Part shown: positions 35,169-47,100 of the stretch, in pieces | Layout: every line of letters begins with the position of its first letter | Numbering within the stretch: position 1 is the stretch's first letter | Source of the DNA: Octopus bimaculoides | Lineage: Eukaryota | Assembly: GCF_001194135.2 (NCBI RefSeq) | Contig: NC_069005.1 | Span: forward strand, 22,987,819-23,040,536 | DNA: 52,718 nucleotides | Direction: 5' to 3' | Notes under the pieces: model-generated | What the model saw: only the letters and a program-made list of their open reading frames with translations | Databases searched by the model: none | Told to the model about the DNA's origin: nothing | Program-made: the position numbers and the translations under genes

Positions 35169-36094
35169 NNNNNNNNNNNNNNNNNNNNNNNNNNNNNNNN
35201 NNNNNNNNNNNNNNNNNNNNNNNNNNNNNNNNNNNNNNNNNNNNNNNNNNNNNNNNNNNNNNNNNNNNNNNNNNNNNNNNNNNNNNNNNNNNNNNNNNNN
35301 NNNNNNNNNNNNNNNNNNNNNNNNNNNNNNNNNNNNNNNNNNNNNNNNNNNNNNNNNNNNNNNNNNNNNNNNNNNNNNNNNNNNNNNNNNNNNNNNNNNN
35401 NNNNNNNNNNNNNNNNNNNNNNNNNNNNNNNNNNNNNNNNNNNNNNNNNNNNNNNNNNNNNNNNNNNNNNNNNNNNNNNNNNNNNNNNNNNNNNNNNNNN
35501 NNNNNNNNNNNNNNNNNNNNNNNNNNNNNNNNNNNNNNNNNNNNNNNNNNNNNNNNNNNNNNNNNNNNNNNNNNNNNNNNNNNNNNNNNNNNNNNNNNNN
35601 NNNNNNNNNNNNNNNNNNNNNNNNNNNNNNNNNNNNNNNNNNNNNNNNNNNNNNNNNNNNNNNNNNNNNNNNNNNNNNNNNNNNNNNNNNNNNNNNNNNN
35701 NNNNNNNNNNNNNNNNNNNNNNNNNNNNNNNNNNNNNNNNNNNNNNNNNNNNNNNNNNNNNNNNNNNNNNNNNNNNNNNNNNNNNNNNNNNNNNNNNNNN
35801 NNNNNNNNNNNNNNNNNNNNNNNNNNNNNNNNNNNNNNNNNNNNNNNNNNNNNNNNNNNNNNNNNNNNNNNNNGGGGGGGTTAATAATTTGATCACTACA
35901 AATTACGTTAGCGTGAGTTGCAAGGGATTGACAGTTTAACTCGCGCAGAACAACCACCACGCAAGAAATTTTCTTTCGACAGTGCCACTTAATCGGTTTT
36001 CTCGTTTATATTTTGCCGAAAAATATACACACACACGTAAACACGCACACACACACACGTGTATGCACACATATTCACAGACATTTATTTATGA

Positions 36095-36250
36095 CGAGCT
36101 TCCGCACAGGCTCTGTCTACTAAAATTCCAACCACGATGTATTCAAAACTCGAAAGTATTAGGATAGAGAATACATATCCAAGGTGCCACGCAATAGGAT
36201 CGAACTCTAACTTAAGAAGGTAGTAGAGCGAACCTGTAAATCGCAGCCAT
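36095..36250 (-). mobile_element. Decayed SINE C head
   Basis: CCAAGGTGCCACGCAATAGGATCGAACTC. Confidence 0.55.
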
Positions 36251-36441
36251 TCTTGCTACGTTGCTTCTGTGTTAAAAACTAAATCAGTTTCTTCAAGGAC
36301 ATTCTATATATTTACATATTTTAGCTGTTATCTTTTTCTTACTGATAATCTAAAGACCAATCTTAGCTCTGATTAAGCAGACCTGCCATCAAAGGTATTT
36401 CAGTCATAATCATTGTCTTTTATTCAGTTATAGAGAATCTT

Positions 36442-36550
36442 GAGAAGGCGCATGGCTTAGTGGTTAGAGTATTCGACTCACGGTCGAATATCATTTCCAT
36501 GCCATCCTTTCGAAGTCGATAAAATAAGTACCAGTTGAACACTAGAGTCG
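36442..36550 (+). mobile_element. Deleted SINE: family E-type head joined to the family A core
   Basis: GAAGGCGCATGGCTTAGTGGTTAGAG then CATCCTTTCGAAGTCGATAAAATAAGTACCAGTTG. Confidence 0.6.
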
Positions 36551-37254
36551 CTTTCCTCCCTATTTAATAAGACATGGAGACAGGAAAGGAAGAAAGAGGA
36601 TGATGTAGATAAACACGGCTTGACAATCTCTGATCAAAGAAACTTACCTGGTAAAACTAAACAATTTAAAACTAGTCTCTTTAGGAAATATCAAGAACTG
36701 CATTACACAGCTTGTTTTATCCTTAAGACAGTAGATTTGATAGAAATTTCGCTGCTATTATTAATAGGTCGACCAACCACATAAAAGCTCACTTGTGGGT
36801 TTGATCATTTTAAAATTCTTTCTTTCTTTACTTAGTGTTTTTGGAGACCGTAAGGTGTGATTTGATGATGATTCGCTTGCTATTTCTGTTCAAGTGGCGG
36901 TTAACCTCGTTCAGGTCAATTGAATTATTTATACATTCAAGAATGTTCGTGATGTTATTGTAACTGGGGCGGAATGTTCCAGTGGGCTCATAATTAAAGG
37001 CGTTCCAGTAGTGAGCATCGCATCTTTTTTCACGTACTTTATCTTTCATTTCATTTTTCTAATATCTCCTCCTAATTTAAAAAAAAATTCTCTCAAGACT
37101 GTTAAACAGTGGTTCTCAAACTAAAAAAAAGATACCCAGAGTTTCCACCCCAATCTTAGCGTATATTTTCCCACCCCTTTATTGTAGGAGGTGGAGCCAA
37201 CACACACAGGCTCCTCCATTAGCTCATGATAAATTATATTGATGACATTGTTTT

Positions 37255-37465
37255 TGTTGTTGTTTAGCCCGAGGTCAGCCCTGGCTGTGCAGACCTATGA
37301 TCATAAGGATTCCAGTCGTGACCGATCCATCGTTGTACCCTGGAGTTTATTACATAATTTAGAACATTTTTCCTATTTATAGACAGTAGTGTATCATTCG
37401 AAGAATATTTAGCTCCCAACTTTTGTCGGTCAAGCTAACATGTAAAAACCTTCATCGTTGACTCA
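37255..37465 (+). mobile_element. Repeat family F copy leading into a tandem array
   Basis: TTGTTTAGCCCGAGGTCAGCCCTGGCTGTGCAGACCTATGATCA...AGACAGTAGTGTATCATTCGAAG. Confidence 0.6.
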
Positions 37466-37960
37466 GCATAAATTATGTTAATATCTTAGTAGAAAAATTT
37501 TGGTCGAAGAACATTTAGAGCCTCGCCTCTCTCATTGGCTCATTATAAATTATGTTAATGTAACACGGGAGTCATTTTGGCTGTGCGATTCCATAGAACC
37601 GCTTTCACTGATTTCTTAAAATTATGTTAGTATGATAGAGAAGACCATTTTGGTCAAGCAACAGATGTAGGCCCTCCCCTCTGTCCTTGATTCATCATAA
37701 ATTATGTTAATGTAATAGTGGAACCATTTTGATAGATCGGCCAGTAGAGAACAACTATTTCTCCACTGGCTTCTCATAAATTATGTTAACATGACAGGGG
37801 ATATTTTAGTCGACCACCCATCCCTCATTGACGTATACATTAAGTTAGAGTGATAAAGAAACCAATTTGGTTGAGCGACAACATAGAACTTCCTCGATGA
37901 TAACTTATAAATTATGTTAATATGACGGCAGCTACATTTCAAAGTAGAGACCATATAGAC

Positions 37961-37991
<31 letters not shown>

Positions 37992-38615
37992 TCTCTCTCA
38001 ATGACTCTTTTTAAATTCTATTAATGTGATAGGGCGACTACGTAGAACTTTTCTTCCTTTAGTGACACAGCATAAAGTATGCTAAAGTGATTTCTAAATT
38101 ATGCTAAAGCGATTTTTAAGTTATGCTAAAGCGATTTAAAGAGTACCATTTTAGACAAGCGACCCTGTAGATCTTCCCCATCTCTCATTGACTCATGATA
38201 AATTATGTTGATGTGCAGTGAAACCATTTTTTTTTTCATTTCTTCAAGAAAAACTTCAGAACTTGGCGTTATTTCAGCGACACGTCATAAGTTATGCTAA
38301 AGCAACAGAGTACCATTTTAGACAAATGGCCGTATAGAAACCATCTCTTCTCTCATTGACTCAATAAATTTTAATGGATTGTAGGGACGCAGTATTTAAA
38401 TAATAAATTGTTGACAGTGGAATCATTTTTTTATCTTCAAGAAAAATTTGGAACCATTTCAACGACACATCATAAGTTATGCTAATATGATAGAGTACCA
38501 TATTAGGCAAGCAACCATGTAGAAGCCTTCTCTTCTCTCATGACTCGTAATAAATTATGCTGATGTGACAGAGGAATCATTTTTCTTATTTATTCAAGAA
38601 ACTCTAGCACTTGGT
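37441..38615. repeat. Diverged minisatellite, about 15 units, mostly 72-80 bp, with an alternating dimer in the 3' half
   Basis: ATAAATTATGTTAA core with TTATG at 37473, 37550, 37622, 37702, 37781, 37912, 38203, 38292, 38477, 38555 and others; CCATTTT and CTCATTGACTCA sub-motifs. Confidence 0.85.
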
Positions 38616-38922
38616 GCCAGTTCCAATTTAGGTAAATGACATATTAATTCTTAATATGTTCCGGCAGGTTCAAACGCGACGCTGTTCATCGTACACTTGA
38701 CGACAAATTGAGTTGGTTACTGCCTCAGAAAGTGGGACGCCATAGAAAAGAGAGAAAAAAACAAACAAACAAACAAACAAACATAGAGCCACGATTGGTA
38801 GATTTGCTGGGAATATAAGGACGGGATTTTGTGGAGGTCTTAACGATCGTGACTTTCTGCTGACAGCTGAAGAACACAAGACAGCTGCTTAAATACCACT
38901 TTAATTGCAATCTGCACGCACG

Positions 38923-38984
<62 letters not shown>

Positions 38985-39117
38985 TGTGTAATTTCGTAGC
39001 ACGGAAAATGCGGTTATGATAATAACGATGATGTTGGTGAACCTGAAAGTGCCGACAGTAGTGATAGTGGTGGTGATGATGATGAAAATATTAATAATGA
39101 TGAGGGTGGTGGCGGTA

Positions 39118-39149
<32 letters not shown>

Positions 39150-39309
39150 ATGATGGTGGTGATGGTGCTGCTGCTGCTGCTGGTGGTGGTGGTATTGGAG
39201 ATGATCGTACTGGGGTCGATTTAATAGACGAATCCTACAATGTGGTGCTCCAGCATGACCATAATTCAATGCTTGAAACAACTAGCAGACTATATATATA
39301 TATATGACA

Positions 39310-39345
39310 ATGATAACAATAATAATAATAATAATAATAATAATA

Positions 39346-39404
<59 letters not shown>

Positions 39405-39413
39405 AGGATAATG

Positions 39414-39483
<70 letters not shown>
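39310..39483. repeat. (AAT)n-(TAT)n-(AAT)n self-complementary microsatellite
   Basis: Direct inspection. Confidence 0.9.
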
Positions 39484-39484
<1 letters not shown>

Positions 39485-39520
39485 GAGTACGGAGACTTGT
39501 ACATCCACAAAATGTTTTTT

Positions 39521-39750
39521 ATAGCTATATATAGCATATTATAATGACCTACACGTGTTTCTACTGCAGCGACTACTCACTCTTGAAAATGCAACCTTGC
39601 AATATTGTTGGTGCAGCTGGATGTAAATGGACGGACCTTGATGAAGCTGCATCGACAATATTACAATATCGCAAGGTTACATTTGCAACAGTGAGTAGTC
39701 ACTGCAGCAGAAACGCATGTAGGTCATTATAATATGCCGTATATAACTAT
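39521..39750. repeat. 230-bp fold-back made of an inverted Penelope-like terminal segment
   Basis: Arms 39521-39618 and 39645-39750; 26-nt loop; 8-nt extra duplication in the right arm; TA-rich outer ends. Confidence 0.85.
39634..39725 (+). ncRNA. Type I hammerhead ribozyme motif (C3U variant)
   Basis: GACC-UUGAUGA-A-GCUGCA...UGCAGC-A-GAAA(39710-39713)-CGCAUG-UA-GGUC; 4-bp stem I, 6-bp stem II, GUA triplet. Confidence 0.6.
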
Positions 39751-39800
39751 ATATATTCGATTAGTTATTCTTAAATCTAATACGTATGAATAAAACTACA

Positions 39801-39845
39801 TTTCACTGACGAAGTCTAAAAATACCGAAACGCTGTGGTCACAAA
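39801..39845 (+). ncRNA. Decayed hammerhead-like motif
   Basis: CUGACGA (39806-39812)...CGAAAC (39826-39831)...GUC (39838-39840); stems I and II weak. Confidence 0.35.
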
Positions 39846-40046
39846 AAACAACGAGCAATCAATTTTCTATCTACCACAGCTTTCTTTCATTGACGTTTTG
39901 ATTAATATAAATATCAGAGTTGTCTCTCTAGTCTCTTACGAAGAAATTAAACAATAAAGCTAATGACTTCTTTAATTAATTTTTTAAAATGGGTTTCAGC
40001 CTTCGGCATTGAATATTTCTCTCGGTTTACCTTTTCTCCCCTGCCC

Positions 40047-40091
<45 letters not shown>

Positions 40092-40467
40092 NNNNNNNNN
40101 NNNNNNNNNNNNNNNNNNNNNNNNNNNNNNNNNNNNNNNNNNNNNNNNNNNNNNNNNNNNNNNNNNNNNNNNNNNNNNNNNNNNNNNNNNNNNNNNNNNN
40201 NNNNNNNNNNNNNNNNNNNNNNNNNNNNNNNNNNNNNNNNNNNNNNNNNNNNNNNNNNNNNNNNNNNNNNNNNNNNNNNNNNNNNNNNNNNNNNNNNNNN
40301 NNNNNNNNNNNNNNNNNNNNNNNNNNNNNNNNNNNNNNNNNNNNNNNNNNNNNNNNNNNNNNNNNNNNNNNNNNNNNNNNNNNNNNNNNNNNNNNNNNNN
40401 NNNNNNNNNNNNNNNNNNNNNNNNNNNNNNNNNNNNNNNNNNNNNNNNNNNNNNNNNNNNNNNNNNN

Positions 40468-40503
<36 letters not shown>

Positions 40504-41236
40504 CAGCACATACATATACCAGAGTGTGTGTGTGTATGAAACAACACGTATGCATGTATGACATATACATATATGTATATGTGTCTATGTGTATGACACA
40601 CACACATACGCACATACACACATATACGCACATACACACACATGCACATACATACACATACACACGCGCATACATAGACACAGATTTTCTGTAGTAAAGT
40701 GAAGTGAAATACTAGCCGTTCCATGTGCCATTTCGCCAGTGCTAACCTCATTAGCTCGTCTCTTCACTTCTCCCCACCCCAGGTTTTTCATTTCTTCTTC
40801 GCTCCAACCCATTTTCCCAACCACCAGCCCTACGTAACCCTCGCCTCTCTTTCTTCATTACCCCCTTCTCTCGCCTTATTTCCTTTTCCTCTCTACCCTT
40901 CCAAGTCTTTCGTTTTTTTTTTCTTTCCAAGACAGCTGAATTCTTAGGTTGCTGATGAACCGACTAATTTAGCGACCAATCCATCTGTTTGCCACCTCCT
41001 CTCTTTCACGCTATCTCTCTCCCTCCCTCTCTCTTTCCCTCTCACAGTTTCTTTTTCTCTCTCCCCGTTTACTCTCTTCCTTCTGTCGCACATAAACAGA
41101 TATGGCCATATTGATTAATAAATAAACAATTAAACTGAAACGAAGGCTAACTACATTTCTGTCCTAGACATTCTGGTCTCAGCGGCACCGATCTCTAAAC
41201 ACGTTTTCTCTCCCCAACGTCACTGATTCCTTAAGC

Positions 41237-41574
41237 CAGTGGCTCTCAACCGTTTTTAAATATGAACCCCTTTGACTGCAATTCAATTTTAGTGGACCCC
41301 CATAGCCATTCGCTGTTTAAAAACTAGGTTTATAGATGCTTCCTTCAAAATTCTTATTTTGCTTTTCCTACAGTAACTTTTGTAAGCTGAGCTATGCAAA
41401 ATGTCAGAGAAAGAAACCTGGATGTTTCTTGCAATAAACACTCTAAAGTGAAATTTTTTCATGGATCCTTAATACACAACTACGAGTCCCCAGTTTATTA
41501 TTTTGCTTGCGTTGACTCCCAGAAATATTTAATGGGCCCACAAGGATTATATGGATCCCGGTTGAGAACCACTA
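41237..41574 (+). mobile_element. hAT (Charlie-like) MITE, 338 bp
   Basis: TIRs CAGTGGCTCTCAACCG / CGGTTGAGAACCACTA; 8-bp TSD CCTTAAGC (41229-41236) / CCTTAAAC (41575-41582). Confidence 0.9.
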
Positions 41575-41927
41575 CCTTAAACAATTACAATAGCGGCAGC
41601 AACAGCAAAACATTTATTAGGAGCAATGGTACTCAAAGCTTCACTCAAATGACTCCGTCATCCAAGCACCCTTCCAAATATCAGCTTATAAGCATCCACC
41701 CAACAGCATCGACTAAAAGCAACCCTTGCAGTACGAACCTTCAAGCATTCAACTAAGTTGCATCAATCAGTATTAAAAAGATACGCATGTGGGAGACGGT
41801 ATATTTATTTATGTATAATAGTTACTATATAGATACTGTTGTATATGAGGCAGAACTGTCCCGTCGACCTTGTACCCTGGTGTGAATGACACATTATAAT
41901 TCAGTTTTCTAGATAGTTTCCACCCCG

Positions 41928-41983
<56 letters not shown>

Positions 41984-41993
41984 NNNNNNNNNN

Positions 41994-42041
<48 letters not shown>

Positions 42042-42072
42042 CGTTATCTTGGTATTCTGGGATACAGAGATA

Positions 42073-42114
<42 letters not shown>

Positions 42115-42185
42115 GTCTTTCTGTCTGTCTGTCTCTCTATCTGTCTGTCAATCAATCTATCTATCTATTTTTTTCCATATCTCCC

Positions 42186-42221
<36 letters not shown>

Positions 42222-42747
42222 TCTTTCTCTCCCCCCTTCTCTCTCTAGATATACAGTTAGATAGATTGATAACTAGCTAGCTAGCTAGATAGATAGATAG
42301 ATAAATAGATAGATTATCAGAGTGAGAAAATGATGAAGGTCATTGAAAAGATATGACGACAGTTTCATCTGAATTTATCGGTGCATGTGGAGAAAACAGA
42401 AAACAGAAAACAGAAAAAAAGAAAGGAAACCATCTTGACAGATGGTTTTTATTAAGGTTTACTGTTGTTGTTTTTCGAATTTTTTAAAATAACTTTTTAC
42501 AGTAGCTTTTCGGGGAGAATTTTTTTCCAGATATTTGTTTCCTTTTTTTTCACAGAAGACTTTTAATCTGTGATAGAAGATAAGGCAGAACGATGGGTGA
42601 GTGATGGGTTAGTAATGGGTCAGTAACAAGTAGAGGAGGAGTGGGGGTTTCCCAAACTATGTTTATAAAGCGGCACTAATCTAACCACCCCAGACTGAGT
42701 TGTACACTATGGTTTCTTGTTTGCTACTTGATTCACAAATAAACATC

Positions 42748-43235
42748 ATGTGTATGCATGTATGCATATATCTATGTATATATGTATGAATGTATTCATG
42801 TATGTATGTATGTATGCTTGTACGTATGCTTGTATGAATATATGTATGCATATATGTATGTATATATGTATGCATGTATGTATGCTTGTATGTATGTACG
42901 TATGTATGTATGTATACATGTATGTATGTATGTATGTACGTATGTATGTATGTATGCTTGTACGTATGCTTGTATNNNNNNNNNNNNNNNNNNNNNNNNN
43001 NNNNNNNNNNNNNNNNNNNNNNNNNNNNNNNNNNNNNNNNNNNNNNNNNNNNNNNNNNNNNNNNNNNNNNNNNNNNNNNNNNNNNNNNNNNNNNNNNNNN
43101 NNNNNNNTGGATGGATGGGAGGATGTGTATGTATGTATGCATGTGTGTATGAATGCATGTGTGTATTTATGTGGGTGCATATACGTGTGTAAGTATGTAT
43201 GTACGTATGTATCATGTACGTACGTATGTATGTAT
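42748..43235. repeat. (TATG)n microsatellite with gap
   Basis: Direct inspection. Confidence 0.9.
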
Positions 43236-43373
43236 CTTTCACTCTCTCCTGCTCCTCTCCTTTCCCCCCCTCTCTCATTATATATATGTATATATATACA
43301 CACACACACACACTCACATAATATAATTTCTCGCTTTGTTTTATTTTTATATTATATCGGCCACGTGTGTGTA

Positions 43374-43427
<54 letters not shown>

Positions 43428-43853
43428 AAGATAGATAATAAGATATATAACAGAGATACAGATAATACGAAACAACACTGCCCAGCCTCCCTCATAACAC
43501 ACACACACCCCTTCAGACACACAGACTAAATATAGCATGATGGTAAAAAAAAGAAAGTTCCACAACCAGGACGAACCATTTCTAAAGAAAATACTAAAGT
43601 AAAACAGTAAGATTCCAGATTTTAACCCCATTCCTTCCTTCTTTGTTTCGAAGTTCTGTCCCTAATTTAGAGAGAGAAAAAAAAACAACAAAACAGAGCG
43701 AGCTAAAATTAGGGCACGTGATGTTTATTTTTAAAGTTATTTATTTGGGGATGTAAACCTTACCACCACCACCACCACCACCAAAAACAACAACAACAAC
43801 AATAGTAACCAGAATAATAATAGCATCAACAACAACAGAAATATATATGGCCA

Positions 43854-44265
43854 AGGCGGCGAGCTGGCAGAAACGTTAGCACGCCGGGTGAAATGCTTAG
43901 CGGTATTTTGTCTGCCACTGCGTTCTGAGTTCAAATTCCGCCGAGGTCGACTTTGCCTTTCATCCTTTCGGGGTCGATAAATTAAGTACCAGTTACGCAC
44001 TGGGGTCGATATAATCGACTTAATCCGTTTGTCTGTCCTTGTTTGTCCCCTCTGTGTGTAGCCCCTTGTGGGCAGTAAAGAAATAGAAATAGGTATTTCG
44101 TCTGTCTTTACGTTCTGAGTTCAAATTCCGCCGAAGTCGACTTTGCCTTTCATCCTTTCGGGGTGGATAAATTAAGTACCAGTTACGCACTGGGGTTGAT
44201 GTAATCGACTTAATCCCTTTGTTTGTCCTCTCTATGTTTATCCCCTTGTGGGCAATAAAGAAATA
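43854..44265 (+). mobile_element. SINE A head-to-tail dimer within one 17-bp TSD
   Basis: Full unit 43854-44091 plus 5'-truncated unit from GGTATTTCG (44092); TSD AGAAATATATATGGCCA at 43837-43853 and 44266-44282. Confidence 0.9.
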
Positions 44266-45089
44266 AGAAATATATATGGCCATATTCATTATTAGATAAA
44301 AAACGATAATGCAGAATTGAAAACTAGGAAACTTCTGTAGCAGAGAACTTCTCCCCACCATCACTGTCATTATCTAGCAACACTGGTCTCCTGACAACCA
44401 TCTTGGGGACACCGGTCCCCAAAAATCCCCTCCTGCCCGTTCTTGAATTACGAATACCGAAACAGCCACCGTAGCAGAAACCAGCCTCTCCAACTATCCA
44501 TGTCTGTGACAAAGACAGCCAAACACGAATAGCAGCAGCACTGATCCATAAACCAAAAACAGCCCTCAAGACCCCTACCTCCAAACAACCCCTATCTCAG
44601 CGCCACCCTGGTTATTTATGAAATCAAGAAAAAAAACAAACAAAAAAACAGCAGCATTAACAAGAAAAAAAAAGTAAAAACAATAAACATTGTTTTAAAA
44701 TAGTCAAAAACATTGGGGTAGAAAAACATCTGAACAACAACAAGAGCTACTGTTGTAACAACAACGAGTGATACAAAGAGCTATTGTGACAACAACAGTA
44801 ATTGTTAAAACAAGGTCTAGTTAGCGTTGACATGGACAAAACAGCTGCCATTGACTCACAGCGAAATTAGCTACTTAGACATATCAAATGGGTTGTCTTT
44901 TATCTTTGAAAGATAATTTGTCAGTTGCGTAGCGTTAGCAGGATAGGCTGTTACTTCATTAATAGATATTAAGGTTTCCCGCAATCACGTCCATGTTTCA
45001 CTTTTATATTACAGAGTGACTACAATGATAAAAGACTGAAAAAATAACTACGGTGCACATATCATCATAGGCGGCAATATATTAGCCTA

Positions 45090-45475
45090 TGTGGAGGCGC
45101 AATGGCCTAGTGGTTAGGGCAGCGGACTCGCGGTCGTAGGATCGCGGTTTCGATTTCCAGACCGGGCGTTGTGAGTGTTTATTGAGCAAAAACACCTAAA
45201 GCTTCACGAGGCTCCGGCAGGGGATGGTGGCGAACCCTGCTGTACTCTTTCACCATAACTTTCTCTCACTCTTTCTTCCTGTTTCTGTTGTGCCTGTAAT
45301 TCAAAGGGTCAGCCTTGTCACACTGTGTCACGCTGAATATCCCCGAGAACTACGTTAAGGGTACACGTGTCTGTGGAGTGCTCAGCCATTTGCACGTTCA
45401 TTTCACGAGCAGGCTGTTCCGTCGATCGGATCAACTGGAACCCTCGACGTCGTAAGCGACGGAGTGCCAACAACA
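45090..45475 (+). mobile_element. SINE family B, full length, flanked by a 61-bp direct repeat
   Basis: Nearly identical to the 26348 copy; direct repeats 45022-45082 and 45476-45536. Confidence 0.9.
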
Positions 45476-45628
45476 ACAATGATAATAGACTGAAAAAATA
45501 ACTTCGATGCACATATCATCATAGGTGGCAATATATCATCCGATATTATATTATGTATGTGCGAGTGTGTATGCATCATTGTGTGTGAGTATATGTGTGT
45601 GTGTGTGAATGTATGTGAGAATATAGAA

Positions 45629-45861
45629 CTTATTTCTTTACTGCCCACAAGGGGCTACACACAGAGGGGACAAACAAGAACAGACAAACGGATTAAGTCG
45701 ATTACATCGACTCCAGTGCGTAACTGGTACTTATTTAATCGACCCCGAAAGGATGAAAGGCAAAGTCGACCTCGGCAGAATTTGAACTCAGAACGTTACG
45801 GCAGACGAAATACCCCTAAGCATTTCGCCCGGCGTGCTAACGTTTCTGCCAGCTCGCCGCC
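45629..45861 (-). mobile_element. SINE A, tail type 2, full length
   Basis: Reverse complement of the 43854 unit. Confidence 0.9.
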
Positions 45862-46144
45862 GTGACAATATATATATCTGTGTGTATATGTATGAGTGTG
45901 TGTGTATGTGTGTATGCGTGCGAGTGCTGCAACTAATCATAATGGCGGAACATGCGTCGGGAATAAATTGTATAAAGTACACGCTGTGTTTATCATACTT
46001 TACTCCAATTATTTGCTCCGTATAAACGGTAATACTGCCAACCATGCTACTTTACTGAATGCAGATTGGCTGATGGTGCTCTACTATGTGGAGCAACTCT
46101 AAAATCCTCAGTAGAAGCCGGACATCTAAATGTACACACAGAAT

Positions 46145-47041
46145 CTTCTTATTTTCTTCTTCTTCTTCTTCTTCTTCTTCTTCTTCTTCTTCTTCTTTTT
46201 CTTCTTCTTCTTCTTCTTCTTCTTCTTCTTCTTCTTCTTCTTCTTCTTCTTCTTCTCCTCCTCCTCCTCCTCCTTATTCTTCTCCTCCTCCCCTTCTTCT
46301 TCTTCTCCTTCTTCTCCTTCTTCTTCTTCTTCTTCTTCTTCTTCTTCTTCTTCTTCTTCTTTTTCTTCTTCTTCTTCTTCTTCTTCTCCTCCTCCTTCTT
46401 CTTCTTCTNNNNNNNNNNNNNNNNNNNNNNNNNNNNNNNNNNNNNNNNNNNNNNNNNNNNNNNNNNNNNNNNNNNNNNNNNNNNNNNNNNNNNNNNNNNN
46501 NNNNNNNNNNNNNNNNNNNNNNNNNNNNNNNNNNNNNNNNNNNNNNNNNNNNNNNNNNNNNNNNNNNNNNNNNNNNNNNNNNNNNNNNNNNNNNNNNNNN
46601 NNNNNNNNNNNNNNNNNNNNNNNNNNNNNNNNNNNNNNNNNNNNNNNNNNNNNNNNNNNNNNNNNNNNNNNNNNNNNNNNNNNNNNNNNNNNNNNNNNNN
46701 NNNNNNNNNNNNNNNNNNNNNNNNNNNNNNNNNNNNNNNNNNNNNNNNNNNNNNNNNNNNNNNNNNNNNNNNNNNNNNNNNNNNNNNNNNNNNNNNNNNN
46801 NNNNNNNNNNNNNNNNNNNNNNNNNNNNNNNNNNNNNNNNNNNNNNNNNNNNNNNNNNNNNNNNNNNNNNNNNNNNNNNNNNNNNNNNNNNNNNNNNNNN
46901 NNNNNNNNNAATCTTCTTATTTTCTTCTTCTTCTTCTTCTTCTTCTTCTTCTTCTTCTTCTTCTTTTTCTTCTTCTTCTTCTTCTTCTTCTTCTTCTTCT
47001 TCTTCTTCTCCCCTCCCCTTCTTCTTCTTCTTCTTCTTTTT

Positions 47042-47099
<58 letters not shown>

Positions 47100-47100
47100 A
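46145..47100. repeat. (CTT)n/(CCT)n/(CTA)n microsatellite spanning a gap
   Basis: Direct inspection. Confidence 0.9.

Noticed and set aside
37107-37125. Lone CAGTGGTTCTCAA hAT-type TIR
   Set aside because: No partner TIR or TSD was found.
37441-38615. CRISPR-like repeat/spacer pattern
   Set aside because: Eukaryotic context, degenerate repeats, mutually homologous spacers and no cas genes.
39570-39690. Apparent 121-bp exon with AG acceptor and GTGAGT donor
   Set aside because: It gives a stop in the phase required by the 25371 exon, has no fibrinogen similarity, and lies inside the fold-back repeat.
44324-44620. C-rich coding-like stretch
   Set aside because: Interrupted by stops, with no recognisable domain.
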